From a virus: a DNA stretch of 39,242 nt. The stretch covers positions 1 to 39,242 of the IMG/VR virus record IMGVR_UViG_3300002091_000010. One strand, 5' to 3'. Made by a program: the position numbers and the translations under genes. The notes under the pieces are model-generated. The model was not told the DNA's origin. It worked only from the letters and a program-made list of their open reading frames with translations, and did not search any database. Below, piece after piece: positions 22,646 to 31,100 of this stretch (positions within the stretch are counted from its first letter, which is position 1; every line of letters begins with the position of its first letter).

Positions 22646-24128
22646 TCCATTGCTTGATCCTTACTGGAGAATCAACAACCTTTATCAGATCGTCGATAAG
22701 CAGGGTATTAAGCGTAAATTTAAGCTTAACTGGGCACAAGAGGCGCTATACCAGGACATGTGGTACTGCAATGTTATTCTTAAGGCACGGCAACTCGGAA
22801 TTTCAACATTCCTGTGTTTGCTCTTTCTGGACCGTGCGTTGTTTAATGATAATGTGAGTGCTGGTATCATCGCTCACACATTAGAAGACGCACAACAACT
22901 ATTCAGACGAGTAAAGGTAGCTTATGACAGTCTCCCTAAAGAGATCAAAGATTGCATTTCCGCCGAAAATGATACCAGTAACATGCTCAAGTTTTCGAAT
23001 GGTTCTAGCCTCCGCGTGGGTACAAGTTTGCGTTCTTCGACATTCCAATACCTTCATATCTCTGAATTCGGAAAGATATGTGCCAAATACCCTGATAAAG
23101 CCCAGGAAATCATTACAGGGTCGCTTAATACCGTTGCACCCGGTCAATACGTATTCATTGAGTCTACCGCTGAGGGCCGCGATGGTTATTTTTATGACAT
23201 ATGCAAGAGAGCGCAGCTTGATAAAAACACAGGTAGACAGCTAAGCAAGCTTGACTTTAGATTTCATTTCTATCCCTGGTACAAAGAGCCTAGCTACAGG
23301 ATTGGAAACTCTTTTCCAGTAACGCCAGAAATGCAGGCGTATTTTGATCATTTACACAGTATGGGCATACAAATAGATGATGAACAAAAAGCTTGGTACA
23401 TAGGCCGTGAGCAGACACAGAAAGATGATATGCGACGGGAATATCCATCCACTCCCGAAGAGTCATGGGAAGTAACTAATGAAGGGCTTTATTACTGCAA
23501 GCAGATGACTATGGCGAGGTCTGAAAAGAGAATAGGGTATATCCCTTATGACGATACTATACCCGTATATACGTCCTGGGATTTGGGCTACAATGACAGT
23601 ACTTCTATTTGGTATTTTCAGGTCCATCGTAAAGAAATCAGAGTGATTGATTACGACGAGGGGAGCGGGGAGTCGCTTCAATATTGGCTTGGTGTTGTAA
23701 AATCTAAGCCATATGTTTACGAAAAGCACCTCGCTCCGCACGACATTATGGTGCACGAATATACTTCAGGCATGACAAGGCAGACATCAGCGCGTAAACT
23801 TGGCATTAATCTTATTCCAGTGCCAAAAGTAGCTATTATACCTGGCATTGATGCGGCTCGTAGTATGTTTAATAGATGTTGGTTTGATGAAACAAAATGC
23901 GCGAAAGGTTTGAAGGCGTTAGACAATTACAAAAAGGATTGGGACGATCGTTTAGCTTGCTGGAGATCTCAACCGCTTCATAATTGGGCCTCTCATGGCG
24001 CAGATGCGTTTAGAACGCTAGCTACTGGTTTGCCCTTAATAGAGAACAAACGCACGCTAATAGATGAGCAAAACGACGCAGCTAGAGCTATGGAATTTAG
24101 AGCTAATCGATTTAGTCCTACTCGCTAA
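22629..24128 (+). CDS. terL: Terminase large subunit, 499 aa
   Basis: Walker A-like ILKARQLGISTF, Walker B-like YLHISEFG, nuclease-domain motifs SWDLGYNDS and HGADAFR. Confidence 0.9.
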   Translation: MSLPPNPLLDPYWRINNLYQIVDKQGIKRKFKLNWAQEALYQDMWYCNVILKARQLGISTFLCLLFLDRALFNDNVSAGIIAHTLEDAQQLFRRVKVAYDSLPKEIKDCISAENDTSNMLKFSNGSSLRVGTSLRSSTFQYLHISEFGKICAKYPDKAQEIITGSLNTVAPGQYVFIESTAEGRDGYFYDICKRAQLDKNTGRQLSKLDFRFHFYPWYKEPSYRIGNSFPVTPEMQAYFDHLHSMGIQIDDEQKAWYIGREQTQKDDMRREYPSTPEESWEVTNEGLYYCKQMTMARSEKRIGYIPYDDTIPVYTSWDLGYNDSTSIWYFQVHRKEIRVIDYDEGSGESLQYWLGVVKSKPYVYEKHLAPHDIMVHEYTSGMTRQTSARKLGINLIPVPKVAIIPGIDAARSMFNRCWFDETKCAKGLKALDNYKKDWDDRLACWRSQPLHNWASHGADAFRTLATGLPLIENKRTLIDEQNDAARAMEFRANRFSPTR

Positions 24129-24157
24129 TTGCCTAAATAAAATAATTCCTATATGGT
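24129..24157 (+). promoter_or_regulatory. Promoter candidate upstream of portal (TTGCCT - 17 nt - TATGGT). Contains the AAAATAATTC box.
   Basis: Read directly. The 10-mer aaaataattc (24139-24148) recurs at 28379-28388 upstream of the capsid gene. Confidence 0.35.
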
Positions 24158-24247
24158 TACTCTTTAGAAACGGAGGCAGCCATTTCACTCAATCCCGTCG
24201 CGTGGAATCCATCCAATGAACCCAATGAGGGCAACATCCGCTCATGG

Positions 24248-26338
24248 ATGGATAACCTCTACTCTAAGTTCCAGCCCATCGAACAAGCAAGATGGAACCA
24301 AGCAAACATAGACACCCTCTTCTACGCAGGGGAGCAAAGCTTTGTTAATAGACACTTTAACTTCACGCCTCAAGCTAGTTACCAGCAGTACTATTTCAAT
24401 CTAGTACAACAGCCCGTTAATATGGTGACAGGCTACCAACGTCAGCATCGTAAAAGCATCATGTACCAAGCAGCTGATGGCGCAGATCCTCTAACAACAG
24501 ATCAGTACACACGTTTAATCATGAATGTAGCCCAGAAAGAGGGGATTCATGAGGCTTTTTCTAAGTCATGCGAGTTAAGTGCTGTTGCTGGTATGAATCT
24601 TATGCAGCCCTATTTAGACTATACTGGTGATGATCCTGCTCAAGGCCAACTTAAGGTTAAAGTGTGGGAATACAACAGCTTTATCGTAGATCCATACTTC
24701 CGTCAGCCAGACATGTCCGATGCTCAGTTTGTTTGGTGCCAGGAATACATATCTAAGCAAGAAGCAGAGACAAGATTTCCTGATAAAGTGCAGTCTGTAC
24801 AGCCAATGCAAGGCTCGCCACAACGATATGGCAGGTTCTATTTTCTTCCTGAGAACTACAATATGAGCCGTAATGATCTCATGGTGCTCTCATACGTTTG
24901 GTACAAATGGAAAAAGAAAAAGAAGCGCCTCTATTCACGTAAACGCAACCAATTTTTTGATTTTGCAGGTGGAGATGAGCAACTCGAACAAATTCTTTAT
25001 CATATTGACGATATGGAAGAAGTCACAGTCGAGACGCCGTGCTGGAAGCTTTGTTGTGTTCTTAACGATCAGTTGATGTATCAAGGTGAGAATCCTCTTT
25101 GGGACGGTCCAGAATGCCCTTTTATTCCTAATTACTGGAACTATGACCCGCATATCAGTCAGTACCAGCTTAGATCCCGCTCACTCATTTACCCAATGCG
25201 AGCGCCTCAGTTCCTCGCGAACTTCAAAATCATTAACAACAACGATATCGCTGCGGTAACTATCAACGGAGGCTGGAAACGCAAGATTGGCGCGGTTGCA
25301 AACGAAGACAATCTTAAGAAAGCGGGGAATGGCTACGATGTCATTATCAACGAAGGTTATGAACTCACTGATGTCGAAAAGATTATTCCTTCAGCAGTAC
25401 CAGAATCAGACTTGGCTCTTGCTCAGCAGATGGTTGACCTAATATTTAAAACATCAGGTATTGACCTTGAGAACTGGTCAGGACAGGATGATAAACAGCT
25501 ATCTAGTCTCACACTATTACTTAAGCAAGCAGCTAACTTAATGGTATTCCAGAAGTACTTTGATCAGTGGGACCATGCTTTAAAGCTAGTGGGCGAGCGG
25601 TTACTTCAGATAGCCCTTTACAACTGGAACGCTGAGAAAGTAGCCCTCATGATTGGCGAAGAGCCGTCTCCTCATTTTTACAGCCGTGTGTTTGCAAAAT
25701 ACCAAACAGTTGTTGAAGAAGGCCTTCTCACAGCAACTCAGAAGAACCTTCAAGCACAGCAAATGATGGATATTAATGCCGCATTCGGTCGTGAAGTGCT
25801 ACCTCCATCAATGATCATTAAAGACATGAATATCACCGGCAAAGCAGAGATAATCAAGTTTCTAGAGCAACAAGAGCAGCAAATGCAAGCAATGCAGTCT
25901 GAAGAGATGAATATCAAGCATGCGTTTGAAGAAGCTAAATTGCAAGAAATGATCAGTAAGTCCGCTGCAAACATAGCTACAGCACGTGAAAGACATGGCA
26001 GAGCGGAAGCAGATATCGGCCTATTTGAAGAAAGATTGAGTGAAATTAGTCAGAATAGAGCAATGGCAACTAAAGCAAAAGTTGAAGCTTTAGCTAAACT
26101 TGTTGAGACAATGCATGCATACGGAGAAGTCGAAGCAATGCGTGATATGTCGGCTATTGAGGCTATGGGAGATGATCAGCAAGTAGATGAAGATATAGAG
26201 AAAGCAGACGCTAAACGGTCAGCTCTTGCAAATGAATTTAGGTTATCTATAATGGGTAATCAGCAACAACCGCCTCAAATGGGACAAGAAAGCCCTGAGA
26301 TGGCACAACAAGAGCCTTCGATGGCTCAAATGGGGTAA
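24248..26338 (+). CDS. Portal protein, 696 aa
   Basis: Size and position directly after the large terminase. Gln/Glu-rich helical C-terminus. The frame is open upstream to 24146 (see findings). Confidence 0.7.
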   Translation: MDNLYSKFQPIEQARWNQANIDTLFYAGEQSFVNRHFNFTPQASYQQYYFNLVQQPVNMVTGYQRQHRKSIMYQAADGADPLTTDQYTRLIMNVAQKEGIHEAFSKSCELSAVAGMNLMQPYLDYTGDDPAQGQLKVKVWEYNSFIVDPYFRQPDMSDAQFVWCQEYISKQEAETRFPDKVQSVQPMQGSPQRYGRFYFLPENYNMSRNDLMVLSYVWYKWKKKKKRLYSRKRNQFFDFAGGDEQLEQILYHIDDMEEVTVETPCWKLCCVLNDQLMYQGENPLWDGPECPFIPNYWNYDPHISQYQLRSRSLIYPMRAPQFLANFKIINNNDIAAVTINGGWKRKIGAVANEDNLKKAGNGYDVIINEGYELTDVEKIIPSAVPESDLALAQQMVDLIFKTSGIDLENWSGQDDKQLSSLTLLLKQAANLMVFQKYFDQWDHALKLVGERLLQIALYNWNAEKVALMIGEEPSPHFYSRVFAKYQTVVEEGLLTATQKNLQAQQMMDINAAFGREVLPPSMIIKDMNITGKAEIIKFLEQQEQQMQAMQSEEMNIKHAFEEAKLQEMISKSAANIATARERHGRAEADIGLFEERLSEISQNRAMATKAKVEALAKLVETMHAYGEVEAMRDMSAIEAMGDDQQVDEDIEKADAKRSALANEFRLSIMGNQQQPPQMGQESPEMAQQEPSMAQMG

Positions 26339-26340
26339 AT

Positions 26341-26559
26341 ATGGCAGGTCAAAGAATTGATGACCATTCGTTTTGGGCCGGTGGGAAGTCTGAAGGTTCA
26401 GTATTTCCAAAAGGCGTACATTTAAAAGCTGAAAGCTCAGCTGAAGGCGCTGGGAAAGTTTCTAAGTATGAAGATACAACTGAAGCAATCCGTGGCGTGC
26501 AAAAAGCAGGCGAGAGCAAAGTGAATGCACACAAACAAAAAGACGGTTATTTTCATTAA
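26341..26559 (+). CDS. Small basic protein, 72 aa
   Basis: GGGG RBS. Starts 2 nt after portal. Confidence 0.55.
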   Translation: MAGQRIDDHSFWAGGKSEGSVFPKGVHLKAESSAEGAGKVSKYEDTTEAIRGVQKAGESKVNAHKQKDGYFH

Positions 26560-26561
26560 AT

Positions 26562-26585
26562 ATTAGCGGGGGTGACCTCGCTAAT
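26562..26585 (+). other. RNA hairpin: 10-bp stem with a GTGA (GNRA-type) tetraloop
   Basis: ATTAGCGGGG GTGA CCTCGCTAAT, starting 3 nt after the stop at 26559. A shorter relative, GCGGG GTGA CTCGT, is at 28336-28349. Confidence 0.5.
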
Positions 26586-26596
26586 TTAGGAGCCAT

Positions 26597-26833
26597 ATGT
26601 TTAAAGATCCAATCGCTATTAAGAAACAAGTGCATGAAGATAAGCCAAAAGACGGTAAGAATTCACCTTGGGATTTCAGATGCCCTCAATATGATCAAAG
26701 ATCGAGCGTTTATGTGAGCGCAGGAGTTGATTATGGTTCTGGCCATAAGCAGCCAGTAGGACATTCTGACAATCCAAAGCAATTTGCAGCTACATTACCA
26801 CAGAAATCGAGCGCCAAGCATGAAGCCGCTTAA
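26597..26833 (+). CDS. Small basic protein, 78 aa, with a DYGSGHKQPVG motif
   Basis: AGGAG RBS. ORF track. Confidence 0.55.
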   Translation: MFKDPIAIKKQVHEDKPKDGKNSPWDFRCPQYDQRSSVYVSAGVDYGSGHKQPVGHSDNPKQFAATLPQKSSAKHEAA

Positions 26834-26981
26834 GCAGTCACACACATCAAGTGCTAAAATAGGAATGGGCGATTCGTACGGATCGGGCGTAAAAAACCCA
26901 ATCGGTAAGATTCGCGACATTTCTATGTCTAATCCTGTAAAGAAATCAAAGATTGGAAAGCCTCCAAAATCACTAGCTTAA
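26820..26981 (+). CDS. Small basic protein, 53 aa, with a SYGSGVKNPIG motif
   Basis: Internal ATG of the 26784 ORF. 14-nt overlap with the upstream gene. The motif repeats that of the upstream protein. Confidence 0.45.
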   Translation: MKPLKQSHTSSAKIGMGDSYGSGVKNPIGKIRDISMSNPVKKSKIGKPPKSLA

Positions 26982-27117
26982 AGATTTTTGATAAACATTA
27001 TTTGAATTGTAAAGCAAATACTTTAAAAAAACATAATATATATTATCAGACGTTAATGCCGTTTCTTTCATATTTTTTTGAAGCCATTAAAAATGTTGTG
27101 GGGATAGTTTTATTATA

Positions 27118-27597
27118 TCACGATGGCAATATAAGTCCAAGCTTTTTTGACTTGTGGTCAATTGCCATCCCTCGGTAGATCTTTTCGATCTCTTCATCTG
27201 ACAGATCATCTGGCTCTTTCTCTTCAAGCTTTGCCTTATTAGCTTTGAACATGGCAATACTCCAAGCAGTGATCTCATGCTCTGTGACATTTCCATCCTT
27301 ATATTGGTCCCACATCTCAATAGCTGGGATCATCCATATGATGCGGACTTCATCACTACCGGGATAAGCTTTGAACAGCATTGAATTAGATTGCGCTTGA
27401 GGCTTGGTAAGTCTTGGTTGCCAGATAAGGCGTTTGCTTACTCCGTCCTCATGAGTTCGTGTATGTGCGAAGATATAAAATGGATGGTTGCCAAACGGTC
27501 TTTGATCGATCAGGTTTTGGCAGCATTCTCCTATACTCATCTCTTGCTTCGTAAGATGTTGTAGTCGATCGTGTGCTTCTAGGCGATTAATCTTCAT
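27118..27597 (-). CDS. Hypothetical protein, 159 aa, antisense to the surrounding head genes
   Basis: AAAGGCAAGAG RBS. The clean 480-nt ORF is the only coding option in this interval. No domain recognised. Confidence 0.6.
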   Translation of the reverse strand: MKINRLEAHDRLQHLTKQEMSIGECCQNLIDQRPFGNHPFYIFAHTRTHEDGVSKRLIWQPRLTKPQAQSNSMLFKAYPGSDEVRIIWMIPAIEMWDQYKDGNVTEHEITAWSIAMFKANKAKLEEKEPDDLSDEEIEKIYRGMAIDHKSKKLGLILPS

Positions 27598-27601
27598 ACT
27601 C

Positions 27602-27630
27602 TTGCCTTTAATTAAAGAAATCTTTTAAAT
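27602..27630 (+). promoter_or_regulatory. Promoter candidate upstream of scaffold (TTGCCT - 17 nt - TTAAAT)
   Basis: Read directly in the divergent gap between 27597 and 27674. Confidence 0.4.
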
Positions 27631-27673
27631 GTGGTGTAGTCCATCGCATATCTGCGTCAAAGAAAAGGATACT

Positions 27674-28321
27674 ATGACAGCACCCCAAGAAAATCAAGAA
27701 CAACCTAATAACAAAGAACTTAATTTCCGTTTGCAAGAACGAGCTATGGCGGAAAAATACGAACGCATCTTAGCACAAGAACGTGCTGAGAAAGAGAGAC
27801 TTACACGCGAACTTGAATCAAGGCAAAAAGTTGCTGAGCCTGAAGAAGAAGATACTGATCCTTACGTTGATCACAAGAAACTAGATAAAAAACTTGCACG
27901 TTTTGGCGAAAACACAATGAGACAAACTCAAAGTGAAATTCAAAAAGCTGTTGGTCAAGCTTTGCATGAAGAACGCAAACAAAACTGGATAAAACAAAAT
28001 GGCGATTTTTACGATGTTTTACAACATGCTGAAAAACTGTATCAAAAAGATCCCGAATTGGCAGAATCCATATTAGATATGCCTGAAGGGTTTGAGCGGC
28101 AAAAACTAGTCTACAAAAGCATTAAGGCTCTTGGTGTAGATAAGCCAGCAGCGCCGACACAATCCATACAGAGCAAGGTAGATGCTAACAGGCGCTCCCC
28201 TTACTATCAACCAAGTGGCGTAGGTGCTGCACCTTATGCGTCTCAAAGCGACTATAGCTCATCTGGACAAAAGCAAGCGTATGAGAAAATGCAAGCTCTT
28301 AAGAATGCGTTGAGAATATAG
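27674..28321 (+). CDS. Scaffolding protein candidate, 215 aa
   Basis: Highly charged helical sequence (ERAMAEKYERILAQERAEKERLTRELE...). Position immediately before the major capsid gene. Start at ATG 27674 after AAGGA. Confidence 0.6.
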   Translation: MTAPQENQEQPNNKELNFRLQERAMAEKYERILAQERAEKERLTRELESRQKVAEPEEEDTDPYVDHKKLDKKLARFGENTMRQTQSEIQKAVGQALHEERKQNWIKQNGDFYDVLQHAEKLYQKDPELAESILDMPEGFERQKLVYKSIKALGVDKPAAPTQSIQSKVDANRRSPYYQPSGVGAAPYASQSDYSSSGQKQAYEKMQALKNALRI

Positions 28322-28372
28322 AAGTTTGATAGGTTGCGGGGTGACTCGTCGTGGCTGGAACCCTTGTTATTC

Positions 28373-28400
28373 TTGATTAAAATAATTCTTATGATATATT
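28373..28400 (+). promoter_or_regulatory. Promoter candidate upstream of the major capsid gene (TTGATT - 16 nt - TATATT)
   Basis: Read directly. Overlaps the 13-mer ttatgatatattg (28389-28401), which recurs at 37210-37222. Confidence 0.4.
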
Positions 28401-28540
28401 GAAATTTCGGCTGCTAGCCGTTAATAGCAAATCGCGTACGAGGAATTCGCATCCTCTTCAAGACTGAAAAGAAAACGGACGTAGTAGGACGTCGTCCACC
28501 GATCTTCAAGTCATTTAATGTAAACCAATAGGTTTATCAG

Positions 28541-29515
28541 ATGTCAATGATTACAAATACAAGTAATCTTGGACCCATGATTCTTCAGTCGCTTGCGCCT
28601 GCGATGTTGTATGTTCCAACCCCGACAATGAACTACATCACCGTTTGCGACAAAACTTCTATGCCAGCCAATGGCGGAACAACGATGAGATTCATGAGAC
28701 CAAGAGCGCTCACTCCTCCAACAGTTCAACTCGGTAATGCCGGGATTGATCCACCAGCTCAAGTTCCACAACGTGATATCATCGACGCTCAAATGGCGTT
28801 TTTTGGTACAGGCTGTGTGATTAACGAGCAAGTTATTTTGCAAGACCAAGAAGGCGTTTTGGCATGGGTGTCAGAGCGTTTAGCTGTTGCTATGCGTCAA
28901 GCAGAAGACCTTATCCTTAGAGATTACATCGTCTCTGCAGCTTCAGTCATTATGGCTGGTGGCGGCGGTAACGGCGATAATCCAAGTAACTTGGGTGTGT
29001 CAGATTTTAGCTTAGTTGCTACTACTCTTGATACTAACAATGCCTACAAATTCATGACCGGTATCGAAGGCATGGACCGTTTTGGAACAGGCCCAGTTCG
29101 TTCAGCATATTTTATGCTAGCTAGCACTGAGCTTCAATCAGATTTTGATAGCCTTGTAGGTCAAGGATTCAAGTCTGTTTGGGATTATCCAAGCAATTCA
29201 AGTGCACTTCCTAGCGAAGTCGGTTCGGTGTTTAACATCCGTATCTTGACAAGCTCAGAAGCACCGGTTGCAAGACAAGCGTCTGCTAACTCAAACGACG
29301 TGTATTATAACACTGTTTGCGGTAGACAAGCGATTACGCATATTAATCAAGACGGCTACAGCATGAACTTGATTTATCGTGATCCTTATTTCTCTGGCAT
29401 GCTCGCTCAAAACGCGACATTAGCAGTTAAATTTGCTCAAGCTCAAGCGCTCACGCAAGATACGGCGATCCGTAACTTGCTCTGCACAAGACTTAGCACA
29501 CTCGGAGGGCCATAA
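28541..29515 (+). CDS. Major capsid protein (HK97 fold), 324 aa
   Basis: GGTTMRFMRPRAL...LGNAGIDPP...DIIDAQMAFFGTG resembles the N-arm/E-loop region of HK97-type capsid proteins. Follows the scaffold. Confidence 0.7.
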   Translation: MSMITNTSNLGPMILQSLAPAMLYVPTPTMNYITVCDKTSMPANGGTTMRFMRPRALTPPTVQLGNAGIDPPAQVPQRDIIDAQMAFFGTGCVINEQVILQDQEGVLAWVSERLAVAMRQAEDLILRDYIVSAASVIMAGGGGNGDNPSNLGVSDFSLVATTLDTNNAYKFMTGIEGMDRFGTGPVRSAYFMLASTELQSDFDSLVGQGFKSVWDYPSNSSALPSEVGSVFNIRILTSSEAPVARQASANSNDVYYNTVCGRQAITHINQDGYSMNLIYRDPYFSGMLAQNATLAVKFAQAQALTQDTAIRNLLCTRLSTLGGP

Positions 29516-29517
29516 CC

Positions 29518-30624
29518 ATGACTGAATACTCAAGATTGGCAAAAGGCTATTTCACATCAACAGGCGCTGCAAAGGTTATTAATTTACCTTTTCAACCTGA
29601 CTATGTTGAGATTATTAACTACACGGCTTCAGCTGCATTTACAGATCACAGAGTGCTATCAGCACAATGGGACGTAAACATGGGCCAAGGGTTTGCTATT
29701 ACCCAAGTTAAAAATACTACCTATCAAACAGATAGCGTTGTTTCTAACGGGATTAGCACATTCTCAGCAGGTCTTGCGCTACAATACGGCGCTAGACAGC
29801 AAGTTGTTGGAGCTACGAAAGCAGATCCAATCGTATTTAACGTTACTGCCCACGGTTATTCCGTTGGTGATATCGTCATTTTCGAAGGACTCTATCAGTC
29901 GTCAACTACAGGTATGCCACAAATCTGTGGTATTCCATTTGCAATTACTGCTGTCGGCGATGCGGACCATTTCACTGTAAAGTGGAACGGTAACCAATCA
30001 AACTACACAGCGTTAAGTGGTTCGCCAACTGGTGCTTATGTGAAAAAGGTGCTTTATCCATACCTTTACGCTCCTGGCGTTTCATACGTCGAAGCCATCA
30101 CTACAGGCTCTACGACTACAATCGTTACAACTGCTCCGCATAACTGCGTAGTAGGTCAAGAAGTAGCGTTTCGTATTCCGTCAGCATGGGGTACAACTCA
30201 ATTGAATTCTCTACCTAACGTTGTAATTCCAGGATCTCCGATCTATGGATATGTTGTTAGCGTAACGGATTCAAGAACAGTTGTAGTTAACATCAACTCA
30301 ACAAGCTATTCAGCATACAACAGCAACCAACCAGTTGCTTCTGTATCTGGTCAGCAATTCCCACAAATGGTGGCTGTTGGTGATGTTAATACAGGTGGCG
30401 TTGTTATCTCTTCTGGTTCTGCATTGTATCCACCTCCATCAGTAAATGGAGCCAATACAATAAACGGTCCTGCTATCTCAGGTGCTTTCGTCAACAACAC
30501 CTCACAAGGGTTTGTGATTGGCGCAGGCGTTTGCGTAACAGACACCGCAGCGGTTCTAGTTGGAGCTAATACCAACGTGATTTATTGGAAGGCCTATCTT
30601 CACGATATGAGCTTGCCAGTATAA
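29518..30624 (+). CDS. Capsid-associated (decoration / head-fibre-like) protein, 368 aa, with two small beta-barrel modules
   Basis: GGAGGG RBS. Modules at 29806-30015 and 30091-30318. Followed by the clearest intrinsic terminator in the genome. Confidence 0.6.
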   Translation: MTEYSRLAKGYFTSTGAAKVINLPFQPDYVEIINYTASAAFTDHRVLSAQWDVNMGQGFAITQVKNTTYQTDSVVSNGISTFSAGLALQYGARQQVVGATKADPIVFNVTAHGYSVGDIVIFEGLYQSSTTGMPQICGIPFAITAVGDADHFTVKWNGNQSNYTALSGSPTGAYVKKVLYPYLYAPGVSYVEAITTGSTTTIVTTAPHNCVVGQEVAFRIPSAWGTTQLNSLPNVVIPGSPIYGYVVSVTDSRTVVVNINSTSYSAYNSNQPVASVSGQQFPQMVAVGDVNTGGVVISSGSALYPPPSVNGANTINGPAISGAFVNNTSQGFVIGAGVCVTDTAAVLVGANTNVIYWKAYLHDMSLPV

Positions 30625-30630
30625 ATAAAC

Positions 30631-30659
30631 GAGGGGGGCAAATTGTCCCCCTCCTTTTT
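30631..30659 (+). terminator. Rho-independent terminator (GAGGGGG gcaaattgt CCCCCTC + CTTTTT)
   Basis: Read directly, 7 nt after the stop at 30624. A GGAGG RBS for the next gene follows. Confidence 0.75.
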
Positions 30660-30668
30660 AGGAGGAAA

Positions 30669-31094
30669 ATGTCAGGAACAATCACCGGCCCAATAGCCTA
30701 TTTGAATAACTTGCCAATAGAGTCACAATTTTATGAGCCTTCCAAGTTTAATATCACTGCAATTACGCTCGGGAAAACTACCATCATTACGACTGCCACA
30801 GACAATAATTATGTTGTGGGACAAAATATTCGAACGATCATTCCGTTAAATTACGGCACTTATCAATTAAATGGGCGTCAAGCGCTTGTTGTTTCACTGC
30901 CGGCAGCTGACCAAGTTGAAATAAATATTGATTCAACTCTCTATGATAGTTTTATTTTTAACCCTCCTGGTCAAAAGACTCCAGCTCAAATAATTCCTAT
31001 AGGAGATTTTAACAGCGGAAAAATAAACAATTCGGGTAGAGTAAACACAGGGACCTTTATACCAGGGTCATTCATAAATATCTCACCACTGTAG
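30669..31094 (+). CDS. Short paralogue of the 368-aa protein, 141 aa (one beta-barrel module)
   Basis: Start at the ATG after GGAGG (the track start at 30585 lies across the terminator). PAQIIPIGDFNSGKINNSG versus QFPQMVAVGDVNTGGVVISSG in the upstream protein. Confidence 0.6.
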   Translation: MSGTITGPIAYLNNLPIESQFYEPSKFNITAITLGKTTIITTATDNNYVVGQNIRTIIPLNYGTYQLNGRQALVVSLPAADQVEINIDSTLYDSFIFNPPGQKTPAQIIPIGDFNSGKINNSGRVNTGTFIPGSFINISPL

Positions 31095-31100
31095 GTAAAA

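Noticed and set aside
27033-27046. 14-bp palindrome ATAATATATATTAT in the convergent gap after 26981
   Set aside because: It is composed purely of A/T in an AT-rich spacer, so it is expected by chance and too weak to act as a terminator stem.
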